Source: a bacterium (GTDB lineage Bacteria > UBA8248). From it: 64,000 bases of DNA. A program made the position numbers and the translations under genes. Numbering within the stretch: position 1 is the first letter of the stretch; every line of letters starts with the position of its first letter. The notes under the pieces are model-generated. The model searched no databases, had not been told where the DNA came from, and saw only the letters and a list, made by a program, of their open reading frames with translations. The stretch lies in NCBI GenBank assembly GCA_965203325.1, contig OZ241875.1, positions 800,001 through 864,000 on the forward strand, in the 5' to 3' direction. Shown here piece after piece: positions 50,047-59,267 of this stretch.

Positions 50047-50767
50047 CATCATCGTCGACAACGTATCCGCTGGCTACGGGGCCGTGCGCGTGCTGCACGG
50101 GGTCTCCATCGAGGTGAACGACGGGGAAACCGTGGTGCTCCTGGGCACCAACGGCAACGGCAAGAGCACGCTCATCAAGTGCATCATGGGCATCATCCAG
50201 CCCGATGAGGGAGAGATTTATCTCGAAGCCGACGGCGAGCGAATCAACCTGGCAGGCCGGAATCCCGAGGAAATCGTTAACCTGGGCGTGGCGCTCGTGC
50301 CGGAGGGCAGGCGCCTGTTCCCGCGCCTGACGGTGGAGGAGAACCTCCTCCTGGGCGCCTACCGCGAAGAAGCCCGCCGCGGCATCGACAGAAACCTCGC
50401 CTTCTCCTTCGAGGCCTTCCCGGTTCTCGCCGAGCGTAAGAACCAGCTCGCGGGCAGCATGAGCGGGGGCGAGCAGCAGATGCTGGCCGTGGCCCGCGCG
50501 CTCATGTCCGCGCCCAAGGTGCTCCTGGTGGACGAGCCCTCCGTCGGCCTAGCGCCCATCCTCGTGAGCCGGGTGATCGCCAAGATCCGAGAGCTCAAAG
50601 AGGAATACCAGCTCACCGTCCTCATGGCCGAGCAGAACTTCAACCAGGCGGTCAAGATAGCGGACAGGGGCTACATCATCGTCCACGGGGAGATCGCCTT
50701 CGCGGGCGAGGACACCGAAGCCCTCGCCGGCCACGAACTCGTGAAGAAATACTACCTCGGCGCGTGA
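50036..50767 (+). CDS. LIV-type ABC ATPase (LivF-like)
   Basis: GTNGNGKST, MSGGEQQM, DEPS; TTG start inferred. Confidence 0.93.
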   Translation: MAHSIIVDNVSAGYGAVRVLHGVSIEVNDGETVVLLGTNGNGKSTLIKCIMGIIQPDEGEIYLEADGERINLAGRNPEEIVNLGVALVPEGRRLFPRLTVEENLLLGAYREEARRGIDRNLAFSFEAFPVLAERKNQLAGSMSGGEQQMLAVARALMSAPKVLLVDEPSVGLAPILVSRVIAKIRELKEEYQLTVLMAEQNFNQAVKIADRGYIIVHGEIAFAGEDTEALAGHELVKKYYLGA

Positions 50768-50829
50768 GGGAGAAGCATCAACCTTCCTTAGTCACGCACC
50801 TTCCCCGATAAGCCTATCCTTCCCCGAAA

Positions 50830-51292
50830 GGGGCTGTTGAAAAAGACCCCAAGGGAATAGCGCTTGCGCCGCATTCCCCGCCCCGGCGCGTAATGCCTCT
50901 CTCATCCCGAGCAACCCGCCGCTCCCCGATACCCCTCACCCTGAGTAGCCGCCGGAGGCGGCGTATCGAAGGGGCCTGTCCCGAGCCTGTCGAAGGGCGA
51001 AGTTTGCGCCTCCCATCCTTCGATACGGCGCTTTCGCGCCTACTCAGGATGAGGGTTTGGGGCGACCGATGAGGAAGCAAGAATCACTCCCCCCTTGAGG
51101 GGGAGTCGGTGAGCAAGGGCGCAGCCCACAAGCGAACCGGTGGGGGGAGTTTTTGTTTTAGAATCATGTCCCCCCACCGATTCAGCCTTCGCACAAACCG
51201 CTCGGCTTCATCGACTCCCCCTCAAGGGGGGAGTGAACTTCAAAAGCGCGCGTCCAACCAAAATCGCTCCGCGGGGCTTTTTCAACGGCCCC
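50830..51292. mobile_element. Composite non-autonomous element (nested inverted repeats)
   Basis: Outer IR GGGGCTGTTGAAAAAG / CTTTTTCAACGGCCCC; inner perfect 25-bp IR at 51084-51236; REP pair at 50931-51056. Confidence 0.6.
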
Positions 51293-51386
51293 GGCAAGGG
51301 GGGTTGCTCCTTTGACAAAGGCTTTCCCAACGGCCCCCTAAAGCAGAGAAGCGTGAGAAGCGCCCGTTCATTCTCGCCGTATAGTC

Positions 51387-51818
51387 TCAATACCCCAAAT
51401 CCTTGGCGGGGACGTCGGAGGCCACCTGGATGACGATGCCCTCGGTCTCATCGGGGTGTAAGAAGAGGATTTCATACCCTCTGGGGGTGTAGGTGCCCGG
51501 GCCGAAGCCGTCCAGGAATTTCACGCCGCTATCCGTGAAATGCCTGCCCGCCGCTCCCGTATCGGGCGTCGAAAGCGCGATGTGCGAGAGGCAGGGGCCG
51601 CCGTTTCGCTCGAGCATCTTCGTGTAGAGGTTCTCCGGGTCGTAGGGCTGCATGATCTCGATTTCCACGTCGCCCATCCTCAGGAACGTGGCGTGCGCCC
51701 AGCCGATGTCGGCCACCTGCACGCGGTTCGGCTCGCAGCCGAGTTTTTCCTGGAACATCCTCACAGTGCGCTCCATGTCGTCCGTGATGAGGCCCACGTG
51801 ATGAATCTTCTTGAACAT
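51387..51818 (-). CDS. VOC family protein (methylmalonyl-CoA epimerase-like)
   Basis: IHHVGL, IEIMQP, LSHIAL, FLHP motifs. Confidence 0.85.
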   Translation of the reverse strand: MFKKIHHVGLITDDMERTVRMFQEKLGCEPNRVQVADIGWAHATFLRMGDVEIEIMQPYDPENLYTKMLERNGGPCLSHIALSTPDTGAAGRHFTDSGVKFLDGFGPGTYTPRGYEILFLHPDETEGIVIQVASDVPAKDLGY

Positions 51819-52000
51819 TTTCATACCCCTCGAATGATGATTGCTCGTGAAAGCCGAACCACAGGGAAACAACCTTCCGAAAGATTCGGGCATAAGAGAC
51901 ACACGCGCCCTTGAATGTCAAAAAGGATGCGTCCCGACGCACCGGTTCACCCATGAAATTGTCGAAACAGTAAACGAGGAAATCCCCCGTTTTTCAGTTG

Positions 52001-52029
52001 TTGACATCGCCATAGCGAGATTCTATGAT
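52001..52029 (+). promoter_or_regulatory. Sigma70-type promoter of the second ABC operon
   Basis: TTGACA, 17 nt, TATGAT. Confidence 0.7.
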
Positions 52030-52116
52030 TTTTCCATCGAAACCATTTCAAAGGGGCACTGGCAGCATGATTCGCAACGTCCTCATGTCATTCATCACCA
52101 CAAGGAGGAGAAATCC

Positions 52117-53403
52117 ATGAGTCGTTTGGACAGAAGAAAATTCCTGAAAGGCGCAGGCCTCATCGGCGGCATCGTGGCCGCGCAGGCGGCGCCCCCCTTC
52201 CTGAGAGAGGGACTCGGCGCCCGGCCGATCAAATGGGGTTCCATCCACCCGACGACGGGCCCCTACTCCACCGAGGCGTTCGACCAGGTGGAAGGCGTCA
52301 AGATCGCCATCGAGGACGTCAACAAGGAAGGCGGCGTGGACGGACGCGAAGTCAAACTGCTCTTCCGCGACGACCAGTTCAAATGGGATCAGACCACCAC
52401 GCACGCGCTCGACCTGATCGACAACCACAGGATCGACTTCCTCGCGGGCTCCATGGTCGGCCCCGAAGAAGTGCGCCTGAACGAGTTCTCCCGCAAGCGC
52501 AAGATCATCTATGCGAACTATCCCCAGCACATCATGTCCACCCCGGGGAACGCGAAGAAGATGTCGCCCCTGTTCTTCACGGCGAACACCACGCCGTATC
52601 AGCTTTGCGCCAGTTCGCTCACCTATATCGCCAAGAACAACCTGGGCAAGAAAATCCACTGCGTGTTCGACGACTACATCTGGCCCAAGATGTTCATCCC
52701 CGCCTTCGAGAAGCTGACGAAGGACTTCAACCTCACGTGGAACGCGAACAGCTCCGTATCGTGGGTGCCCTTCCCGACCTCGATGGACTATTCGGCGACG
52801 TTCCCGAGAATCCTGAAGGAGAAGCCCGACGTCGTCTACGCACTCAACTGGGGACAGCGCCAGGTCGCCTTCGTCAAGCAGGCTCGCGAAGCCGGTCTCG
52901 ACAAAAAGGTGAAGATCGTTCTCGGCGCCACCGAGATCACCATGCCCGAGGCCGCCGGACTCGGCTCCTATGAGGGCTTCAACGCGGCGATGATGTGGCA
53001 CCCCTCTCTCGCGAGCAAGTATCCGGCCGCCAAAACGCTGAACGACAAGTTCCTGGCGCGCCGCAAACGGCCGTGCTCGAGCTACGGAATGCTCGCCCAC
53101 GACCTCACGCGGCTGATCCTGGACACGGCGAAAGAGACCAAGCTCTACAAGCGCCGCGACCACTTCAAGCTCGCGAAGGTGCTCGAAGGCAAGAAGTTCC
53201 AGTACAGCAAGGGCGTGTGCGAGATTCGCCCCTGCGACCACGTCTGCATCTCGGAAGTGTTCGTGATGCGCGGAAAATCCAAGGCCGAGATGAAGGATAA
53301 ATTCGATCACATCGAGGTCATCGGCTCTTCGAGCGGCGAGGGCAACACCGTCTCCTGCGAGGCGAAAGGCCTGAAGGAACCCGCCAGCGAGAGAAGGGCC
53401 TAA
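52117..53403 (+). CDS. LIV-type ABC substrate-binding protein, Tat signal
   Basis: AGGAGG RBS; DRRKFLK; NKEGGVDGR, RDD motifs. Confidence 0.9.
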   Translation: MSRLDRRKFLKGAGLIGGIVAAQAAPPFLREGLGARPIKWGSIHPTTGPYSTEAFDQVEGVKIAIEDVNKEGGVDGREVKLLFRDDQFKWDQTTTHALDLIDNHRIDFLAGSMVGPEEVRLNEFSRKRKIIYANYPQHIMSTPGNAKKMSPLFFTANTTPYQLCASSLTYIAKNNLGKKIHCVFDDYIWPKMFIPAFEKLTKDFNLTWNANSSVSWVPFPTSMDYSATFPRILKEKPDVVYALNWGQRQVAFVKQAREAGLDKKVKIVLGATEITMPEAAGLGSYEGFNAAMMWHPSLASKYPAAKTLNDKFLARRKRPCSSYGMLAHDLTRLILDTAKETKLYKRRDHFKLAKVLEGKKFQYSKGVCEIRPCDHVCISEVFVMRGKSKAEMKDKFDHIEVIGSSSGEGNTVSCEAKGLKEPASERRA

Positions 53404-53436
53404 GAAACGGCGCATCGAAACACCATCGGACGCTGA

Positions 53437-53470
53437 CCGGGGCGGCTGGATTTCAGCCGCCCCGGCTTTT
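53437..53470 (+). terminator. Intrinsic terminator-like hairpin after the binding protein gene
   Basis: CCGGGGCGGCTG-GATTT-CAGCCGCCCCGG then CTTTT. Confidence 0.7.
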
Positions 53471-53549
53471 CCTCACGGCGTTTGACAAAGGCGGCGTTTC
53501 ATCCTAGACATTGCACTCTTGCGACTTCCCCGTTCTCAAGGAGCGTGTT

Positions 53550-54530
53550 TTGGCAACTGGTGGTGTTGAATTCTCGGAGTTCGTCCAGCACCTGTTCCTG
53601 GGACTGGTACAGGGCTCCTTCTGGGTTCTGCTTGCTCTGGGGCTTTCGATCATATTCGGTCTTATGGGCATCATCAATTTCGGGCACGGCGCCTTCTACA
53701 TGCTGGGCGCGTACGTGGGCTTCACGGTCTCGGACCTCGTATTCTCTCCCTTTCTCGGGCCGAACGCGGGCTTCATCGTGGCCCTCGCCATGGTGCCCGT
53801 CGTCATGTTCGCCCTCGGGATGGTTTTTGAGAGATACGTCATCAGCAGAATATACAATACGGAGAACGAGCGCTTCTCGGGCGTGCTGATCATGTTCGGC
53901 ATGTCCATCTTCCTGCCGGACTTCGTGCGCCTCATCTGGGGCAGGCCGGGAAAGCCCTTCAACATCCCGCCGATGTTCCAGTTCTCGCTCTTCAAGACGG
54001 GTACGCTCGACATCACGGCCTACAGGAGCTTCACCATCATCACCGCGGCGATTCTCGTCGCCCTCCTCTGGGTACTCATCTACAAGACGAACCTGGGCAT
54101 GATGATCCGTGCGGGCACGAACAACAACACGATGGTGAAGGTGCTGGGCATCAACGTGTCGCGCATCTGGCGCCTCACGTTCGGACTGGGCATCGCACTG
54201 GCCGGATTCTCCGGCGTCATGATAGCCCCCCTGTTCGCGGTGGACGCCACGATGGGTGAACTCATACTGGTGCAGACCTTCATCGTGGTCGTCGTCGGCG
54301 GCATGGGGAGTTTCATCGGCCCCGTGATAGGCGGGCTGATCCTCGGCCAGCTATGGGCGCTCACGCCCCTGGTGGGCAGAACGCAATACGTGGTTCAGAA
54401 CTGGACGGGCACCGTGATCGGCCCCGATTTCTGGGAAAAAGCGTCCGACATCCTGCTCTTCATCGTGATGGCGGTGATCCTGCTCTTGAGACCAAGAGGG
54501 TTGTTCGGCCAGGAAGGCGCTTTTGATTAA
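53550..54530 (+). CDS. LIV-type ABC permease (LivH-like)
   Basis: AAGGAG RBS and TTG start; GLSIIFG..INFGHG, VVGGMGS. Confidence 0.92.
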   Translation: MATGGVEFSEFVQHLFLGLVQGSFWVLLALGLSIIFGLMGIINFGHGAFYMLGAYVGFTVSDLVFSPFLGPNAGFIVALAMVPVVMFALGMVFERYVISRIYNTENERFSGVLIMFGMSIFLPDFVRLIWGRPGKPFNIPPMFQFSLFKTGTLDITAYRSFTIITAAILVALLWVLIYKTNLGMMIRAGTNNNTMVKVLGINVSRIWRLTFGLGIALAGFSGVMIAPLFAVDATMGELILVQTFIVVVVGGMGSFIGPVIGGLILGQLWALTPLVGRTQYVVQNWTGTVIGPDFWEKASDILLFIVMAVILLLRPRGLFGQEGAFD

Positions 54531-54562
54531 GGTACCTTTGCGTCTCGGGAGAGATTTCTAAA

Positions 54563-55792
54563 GTGGACTCAGCTGCTCCAAAAAACCGATTCACCCCCAG
54601 GGAATTCTGGGCGTGGCTCTCGGAAGTCTTCGACAACTACGGCATCCTGATACTCGCGGCCATACTGGTGGTATACCCGTTCCTGTTCGACGCCCTGAAC
54701 GAATCCATCATCTGGCTCGAGGACAACGACTGGGAGGAGACCGCCGAGATCGTCGCGGAGTTCCGCGGCTTCGTGCCGAGCACGCCGCTGATGATCCAGA
54801 TTCTCATCTACACGCTCTTCGGCATCGCCTTCAACATCCTGCTCGGCAACACCGGGATGCTCAGCCTGGGCCACTGCGCCTTCTTCGGCGTGGGCGGCTA
54901 CACCGTGGGCATCATGCACGCCTGGATCAAGCCGGGCACTTACGCACCCGACTGGATGGTCAGCGCCTTCAAGGTGCTGCCCCTGGAAATCTCGCTCATC
55001 ACCTGCATCATCGTCTCGACTTTCGTCGCCTGGCTCATCGGCACCATCTGCAGCACGAAGCGCGGCGTGTACTTCGCGATGGTCACGCTCTCCATCAGCA
55101 TGATCTTCTACTACTCCGCGCAGACGTTCGACGACCTCACGGGCGGAACGGACGGGCTGGGCGGTCTCGAGAACATGCGGCTGGGCTCCATCAACCTTCG
55201 CGTGGGCATCATGGACGCGAACATCACCTATTACTTCGTCTTCATAGTGAGCGTCGTCTTCATCGCCGCCATCTGGCAGGTGCTGCGCTCGCCGTTCGGC
55301 CACGTGCTGAGAGCCGTCCGCGAGAACGAGAACCGCGCGCGCATCTGCGGCTACAACGTGGCAAAAGTGCGGCTCATGGCGTTCACGATGAGCGGGGCCA
55401 TCTCGGGGGTCGCGGGCGCGCTGGCGATCATCTACGGCGAGACGGTGCCGATCGAGAACATCCACTTCATCACCTCGGGGCAGATCGTCATCATCACCCT
55501 CTTCGGAGGGGCGGGCACCTTCCTGGGGCCGGCGGTGGGATCATTCATCTACTGGTATCTCCGGCAGTTGATGAGCGTGGAGTTCGTGAAGTATCTCGCC
55601 ATCTTCCAGTACTGGGAAGCGTGGGTGGGCGGCATCTTCGTGCTGATCGTGCTCTTCGTGCCCTCGGGCATCCTGGGCACAATCCGCAACATGACGCTCG
55701 AATACCGCGAGAAGAAATTGTTGAATCGAAAAGCCGTGGAAGAAGTTCTGGCGAAACATGCCGAGGACGAGGCGGCAACCGACACGGAATAA
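54563..55792 (+). CDS. LIV-type ABC permease (LivM-like)
   Basis: GNTGMLSLGH, YFAMVTL, AVRENENRA motifs. Confidence 0.92.
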   Translation: MDSAAPKNRFTPREFWAWLSEVFDNYGILILAAILVVYPFLFDALNESIIWLEDNDWEETAEIVAEFRGFVPSTPLMIQILIYTLFGIAFNILLGNTGMLSLGHCAFFGVGGYTVGIMHAWIKPGTYAPDWMVSAFKVLPLEISLITCIIVSTFVAWLIGTICSTKRGVYFAMVTLSISMIFYYSAQTFDDLTGGTDGLGGLENMRLGSINLRVGIMDANITYYFVFIVSVVFIAAIWQVLRSPFGHVLRAVRENENRARICGYNVAKVRLMAFTMSGAISGVAGALAIIYGETVPIENIHFITSGQIVIITLFGGAGTFLGPAVGSFIYWYLRQLMSVEFVKYLAIFQYWEAWVGGIFVLIVLFVPSGILGTIRNMTLEYREKKLLNRKAVEEVLAKHAEDEAATDTE

Positions 55793-55804
55793 CGGAAAGA
55801 CAAA

Positions 55805-56539
55805 ATGCCTATCCTGGAAACGAAAAACCTGAGCAAGCACTTCGGCGCCCTCGTCGCCGTGGACGGCGTGGACTACGAGGTCGATTCGGGCGAGCTACGC
55901 TCCATCATCGGCCCTAACGGCGCGGGCAAGACGACGTTCTTCAACATGATCGCGGGCGATCTGATCCCCACCTCGGGCCAGGTCATCTTCGACGGGGCGG
56001 ACGTATCGGAAGTGCCCGCCCATGAGCGCTCCCACATGGGGATTGGCCGCACCTACCAGATAACGAACATCTTCCCCAAGCTGAGCGTGCTGGAGAACAT
56101 CCGCATCGCCGCGCAGTCGCGCAAGATGACGTTCAACCTGTGGTCGACCGTCCCCAGCCACAAGGAACTGGTCGAAAAATCGGACGGGATACTGGAGCGC
56201 ATCAACCTGACGGAAAAGCGCGACGAACTCGCCGGCACGCTCGCGCACGGCGAGCAGCGCTATCTCGAAATCGGGATCGCGCTCGCCACCGACCCCAAGC
56301 TGCTCCTGCTCGACGAGCCCACTGCGGGCATGAGCCCCGAGGAGACGATTCAGACGGGCGAGTTCATCAAGAGCCTGGCCGATCCGCTCACCATCGTGCT
56401 CGTCGAGCACGACATGGAGGTGGTGCTCGGCATTTCGGACAAGATCACCGTGCTGCACAACGGCGCCTTTCTCGCCGAGGGCACGGTGGAGGAAGTCCGC
56501 GCGAACGCAGAAGTCCAGCGCGTATACCTGAGGGAATAA
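55805..56539 (+). CDS. LIV-type ABC ATPase (LivG-like)
   Basis: GPNGAGKTT, LLDEPTAG, VEHD. Confidence 0.94.
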   Translation: MPILETKNLSKHFGALVAVDGVDYEVDSGELRSIIGPNGAGKTTFFNMIAGDLIPTSGQVIFDGADVSEVPAHERSHMGIGRTYQITNIFPKLSVLENIRIAAQSRKMTFNLWSTVPSHKELVEKSDGILERINLTEKRDELAGTLAHGEQRYLEIGIALATDPKLLLLDEPTAGMSPEETIQTGEFIKSLADPLTIVLVEHDMEVVLGISDKITVLHNGAFLAEGTVEEVRANAEVQRVYLRE

Positions 56540-57243
56540 TGCTGGAAGTCGATTCCATCAACACGTTTTACGGCTTAAGCCATGTGCTCCACGACCTGAG
56601 CCTGAAAGTCGGCGAAGGCGAGGCCGTGGCCTTCCTCGGCAGGAACGGGGCGGGCAAATCCACCACCATGAAGACGATCATGGGGCTGCTCACGCCCAGC
56701 AGCGGCAATATCACCATGGAGGGAGCCGACATCACCGAGGCCGAGGCGCACACCGTCTCGCTCGCGGGTATTTCATGGATTCCCGAGGACCGCCAGGTCT
56801 TCACCAACCTCACCGTCTACGAGAACCTCAAGATCAGCCGCATCCCCATCGACGGCGCCAAGGACCTGGACTCCCATCTCGATTGGATTTTCTCCCTCTT
56901 CCCGCGTCTCAAGGAGCGCATCAACAACAAGGGCAACCAGTTGAGCGGCGGCGAGCAGCAGATGCTCACCATGGCGCGCGGCCTGGGCACCGAACCCAAG
57001 CTCATCATGGTGGACGAACCCACCGAGGGCTTGATGCCTGCCTACGTCGAGACCATCGAGAACGTGCTGGTGGAGATCCAGAAAAAAGGCATCGCCATCC
57101 TGCTCGTGGAGCAGAACTTCCGCATGGCGCTCAGCATCACCAGGCGCGCCTACCTCATTGAAAAGGGCATCATCCAGTGGGAAGGCGCCTCCGCCGACCT
57201 CCTCGAAGACCAGGAAACCCGCATGCGGTATCTCGGCGTCTAG
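56539..57243 (+). CDS. LIV-type ABC ATPase (LivF-like)
   Basis: GRNGAGKST, LSGGEQQM, DEPTEG; TAATG coupling. Confidence 0.94.
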   Translation: MLEVDSINTFYGLSHVLHDLSLKVGEGEAVAFLGRNGAGKSTTMKTIMGLLTPSSGNITMEGADITEAEAHTVSLAGISWIPEDRQVFTNLTVYENLKISRIPIDGAKDLDSHLDWIFSLFPRLKERINNKGNQLSGGEQQMLTMARGLGTEPKLIMVDEPTEGLMPAYVETIENVLVEIQKKGIAILLVEQNFRMALSITRRAYLIEKGIIQWEGASADLLEDQETRMRYLGV

Positions 57244-57284
57244 GCGAGCGCAGGGCGGAACAAACCCACCGGGAAAGTATGACG

Positions 57285-57356
57285 CAGGGACAGGCCTCCG
57301 TGCCTGTCCTTATCGCGTCCACCTCAAGGGAGGACAACCACGGGGGTTGTCCCTAC
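57285..57356. repeat. REP-like doublet
   Basis: GGACAGGC...GCCTGTCC and GGACAACC...GGTTGTCCCTAC; the second unit also occurs at 30936-30960. Confidence 0.75.
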
Positions 57357-57400
57357 GGCCTGCTCAGAACGAAATCGCCTGAAGACCGATACGGCGCGCC

Positions 57401-58741
57401 TCACCGCTCATCGACGAGGCGGCGGGCCTTCACGTCGCGCATCGGGTCGTGGATCACGCCGGGCGCCACGAATTCGAGTGCCGGCCGTATCATCACCGCT
57501 CCGCGCACCCGCTCCGGCAAGGAGACGCCGAGCCGCTCGCGTTCGGTTTCCTCGGCTTCGAGGCGGATGATCATCTCGTCCATCGAATCTGAATCCCCGG
57601 GCGCTGACTTGCGAATCGTGATCTGAAACTCCCTTATCGCGCGTTCTTTCGCGAGAAGGTCGATGATGATATCGGGGTTCATGAGCATGCCGCGCACCTT
57701 GAGCAGGTCGCCCGTCCGCCTCGGCAGTCGTACAATGCGCTCCCCAAGCCGCCCGCAGTGCGGACACGGCTCCCACCTGAGTGCGATGAGGTCCCCGATG
57801 AGATAGCGCAGGAACACCGTGCCCCGGCGGTGTAAGTGCGTGAGGGCGATGGCCCCCTCCTCGCCTTCGGGCATGCGCTCGCCTGTTTCGGGATTCACCA
57901 CTTCGAGCAGGTAGAGTTCGGGCACCACGTTGTGCGGCATGGCATCGTTCGCGCACTGAACGAGGCCCCCCTGCATCTCCGTCGCCGCGTAGCGCACGCG
58001 CACCTGGGGGTCATCCGCGCCGAACCAGCGCAGGTGGTCCATATACTCCTCGCGCAGGGCGTCGCTCACCGCCTCGCCCGTGGTGAGCACCATGCGCGCG
58101 CGGGGGAGCTTCGCGCCGCGCTCGCGCGCCCGCCTCAGAAAGCGGCGGACGAAACTCGGCACCCCCCAGATGACGGTGGCGCCCGAATCGGCCACCACGT
58201 CGACGGCCTCGTCGAGCGAGCGCCGCACGGGGTATTCGGGATGCGGGCTGCCCGTGAGCGCACTCACCACGGGAAGCCCCATGATTTCCGCTGAGCGCAC
58301 GCAGCAGAGGAACCCGCCCAGCGGCATGGGCGAGAGCGGGTAGAGGTTCGCGATGACGTCGCCGGCCCTTAAGCCCTCGACCTCGTTGCACACCTTCGCC
58401 TGGAGCATGATGTGGTACTGGTCGTGCGTGGTGTTGAAAAAAGGAGACGGCCGCCCGCTCGTGGTGCCCGTGGTGTAGGCCACGTTCCACATCGTGCGCT
58501 CCTCGAAGGGAAGCTCGGGCAGCCAGGCGGGGTCGAGGCTGAAATCCTCGGGCGCCGCCATGAAGTCCTCTTTTTTCGTGAGGGGGATTTTCTGGAGGTC
58601 GTCCAGTTCCTTGACCGCATCGGGGATGATGTTCGCCTCGGCGAAGCGGCGCTTGTAGAACGGGTGCGCGCGTCCGCACAGGGCGACCATGCGTCTCAGG
58701 CGTTTTCTCCTTAATTCGTGCAGCGCGTCCTGTTCGTTCAT
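57401..58741 (-). CDS. Phenylacetate-CoA ligase family AMP-binding protein
   Basis: TTGTTSGRP P-loop, TGE, YAATE, RYLIGD, RTGDLLKVRG. Confidence 0.88.
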   Translation of the reverse strand: MNEQDALHELRRKRLRRMVALCGRAHPFYKRRFAEANIIPDAVKELDDLQKIPLTKKEDFMAAPEDFSLDPAWLPELPFEERTMWNVAYTTGTTSGRPSPFFNTTHDQYHIMLQAKVCNEVEGLRAGDVIANLYPLSPMPLGGFLCCVRSAEIMGLPVVSALTGSPHPEYPVRRSLDEAVDVVADSGATVIWGVPSFVRRFLRRARERGAKLPRARMVLTTGEAVSDALREEYMDHLRWFGADDPQVRVRYAATEMQGGLVQCANDAMPHNVVPELYLLEVVNPETGERMPEGEEGAIALTHLHRRGTVFLRYLIGDLIALRWEPCPHCGRLGERIVRLPRRTGDLLKVRGMLMNPDIIIDLLAKERAIREFQITIRKSAPGDSDSMDEMIIRLEAEETERERLGVSLPERVRGAVMIRPALEFVAPGVIHDPMRDVKARRLVDER

Positions 58742-58762
58742 CGAATTTCGTCTCCCGCTCCC

Positions 58763-59158
58763 CTAAAAGATACCGGCCTTTCTCTGCAGCCAGCGCACGT
58801 ACCCGACGATCAGGGCCACTTCTTCGGGTTTCACGCCCGGCACGGGCGCCATGTCGCCGAACTTCCAGTGGTGGCTCTTCACTCCGCGCGAGACGGCCAT
58901 GAAGAAAGCGGCGTCCCCATGATGGGAGGGCTCGTAAATCTTGTGCACGAGCGGCGGACCGATTCGAGAACCCTTCGCTTCGGGCCCATGGCAGCGCAGG
59001 CAGTTGCGCGCGAACAGCTTCTTCCCCTGGTTGATCCGGGCCATATCCTCGGTCACGGGCACCTGCGGATGCCTCGGGGGCTCGGGTCTTTTCGTCAAAG
59101 TCACGAGCAATCCGAATCCCGCCAGGAGAAAAAGCCCCGCCGCCAACGCCCTGTTCAT
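58763..59158 (-). CDS. Monoheme cytochrome c
   Basis: N-terminal signal/anchor; CLRCH; GPPL; GDMAP. Confidence 0.88.
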   Translation of the reverse strand: MNRALAAGLFLLAGFGLLVTLTKRPEPPRHPQVPVTEDMARINQGKKLFARNCLRCHGPEAKGSRIGPPLVHKIYEPSHHGDAAFFMAVSRGVKSHHWKFGDMAPVPGVKPEEVALIVGYVRWLQRKAGIF

Positions 59159-59267
59159 TCCCGAAAACCTCCTTAGGCGGAGACTCCTCGCGCAGAGGCG
59201 CGCGCTCCGCAGGTCACACCGCCTCTCGTAAAATATTCAAGAGAGCACCCAAAGCGGCGCAGACAGA

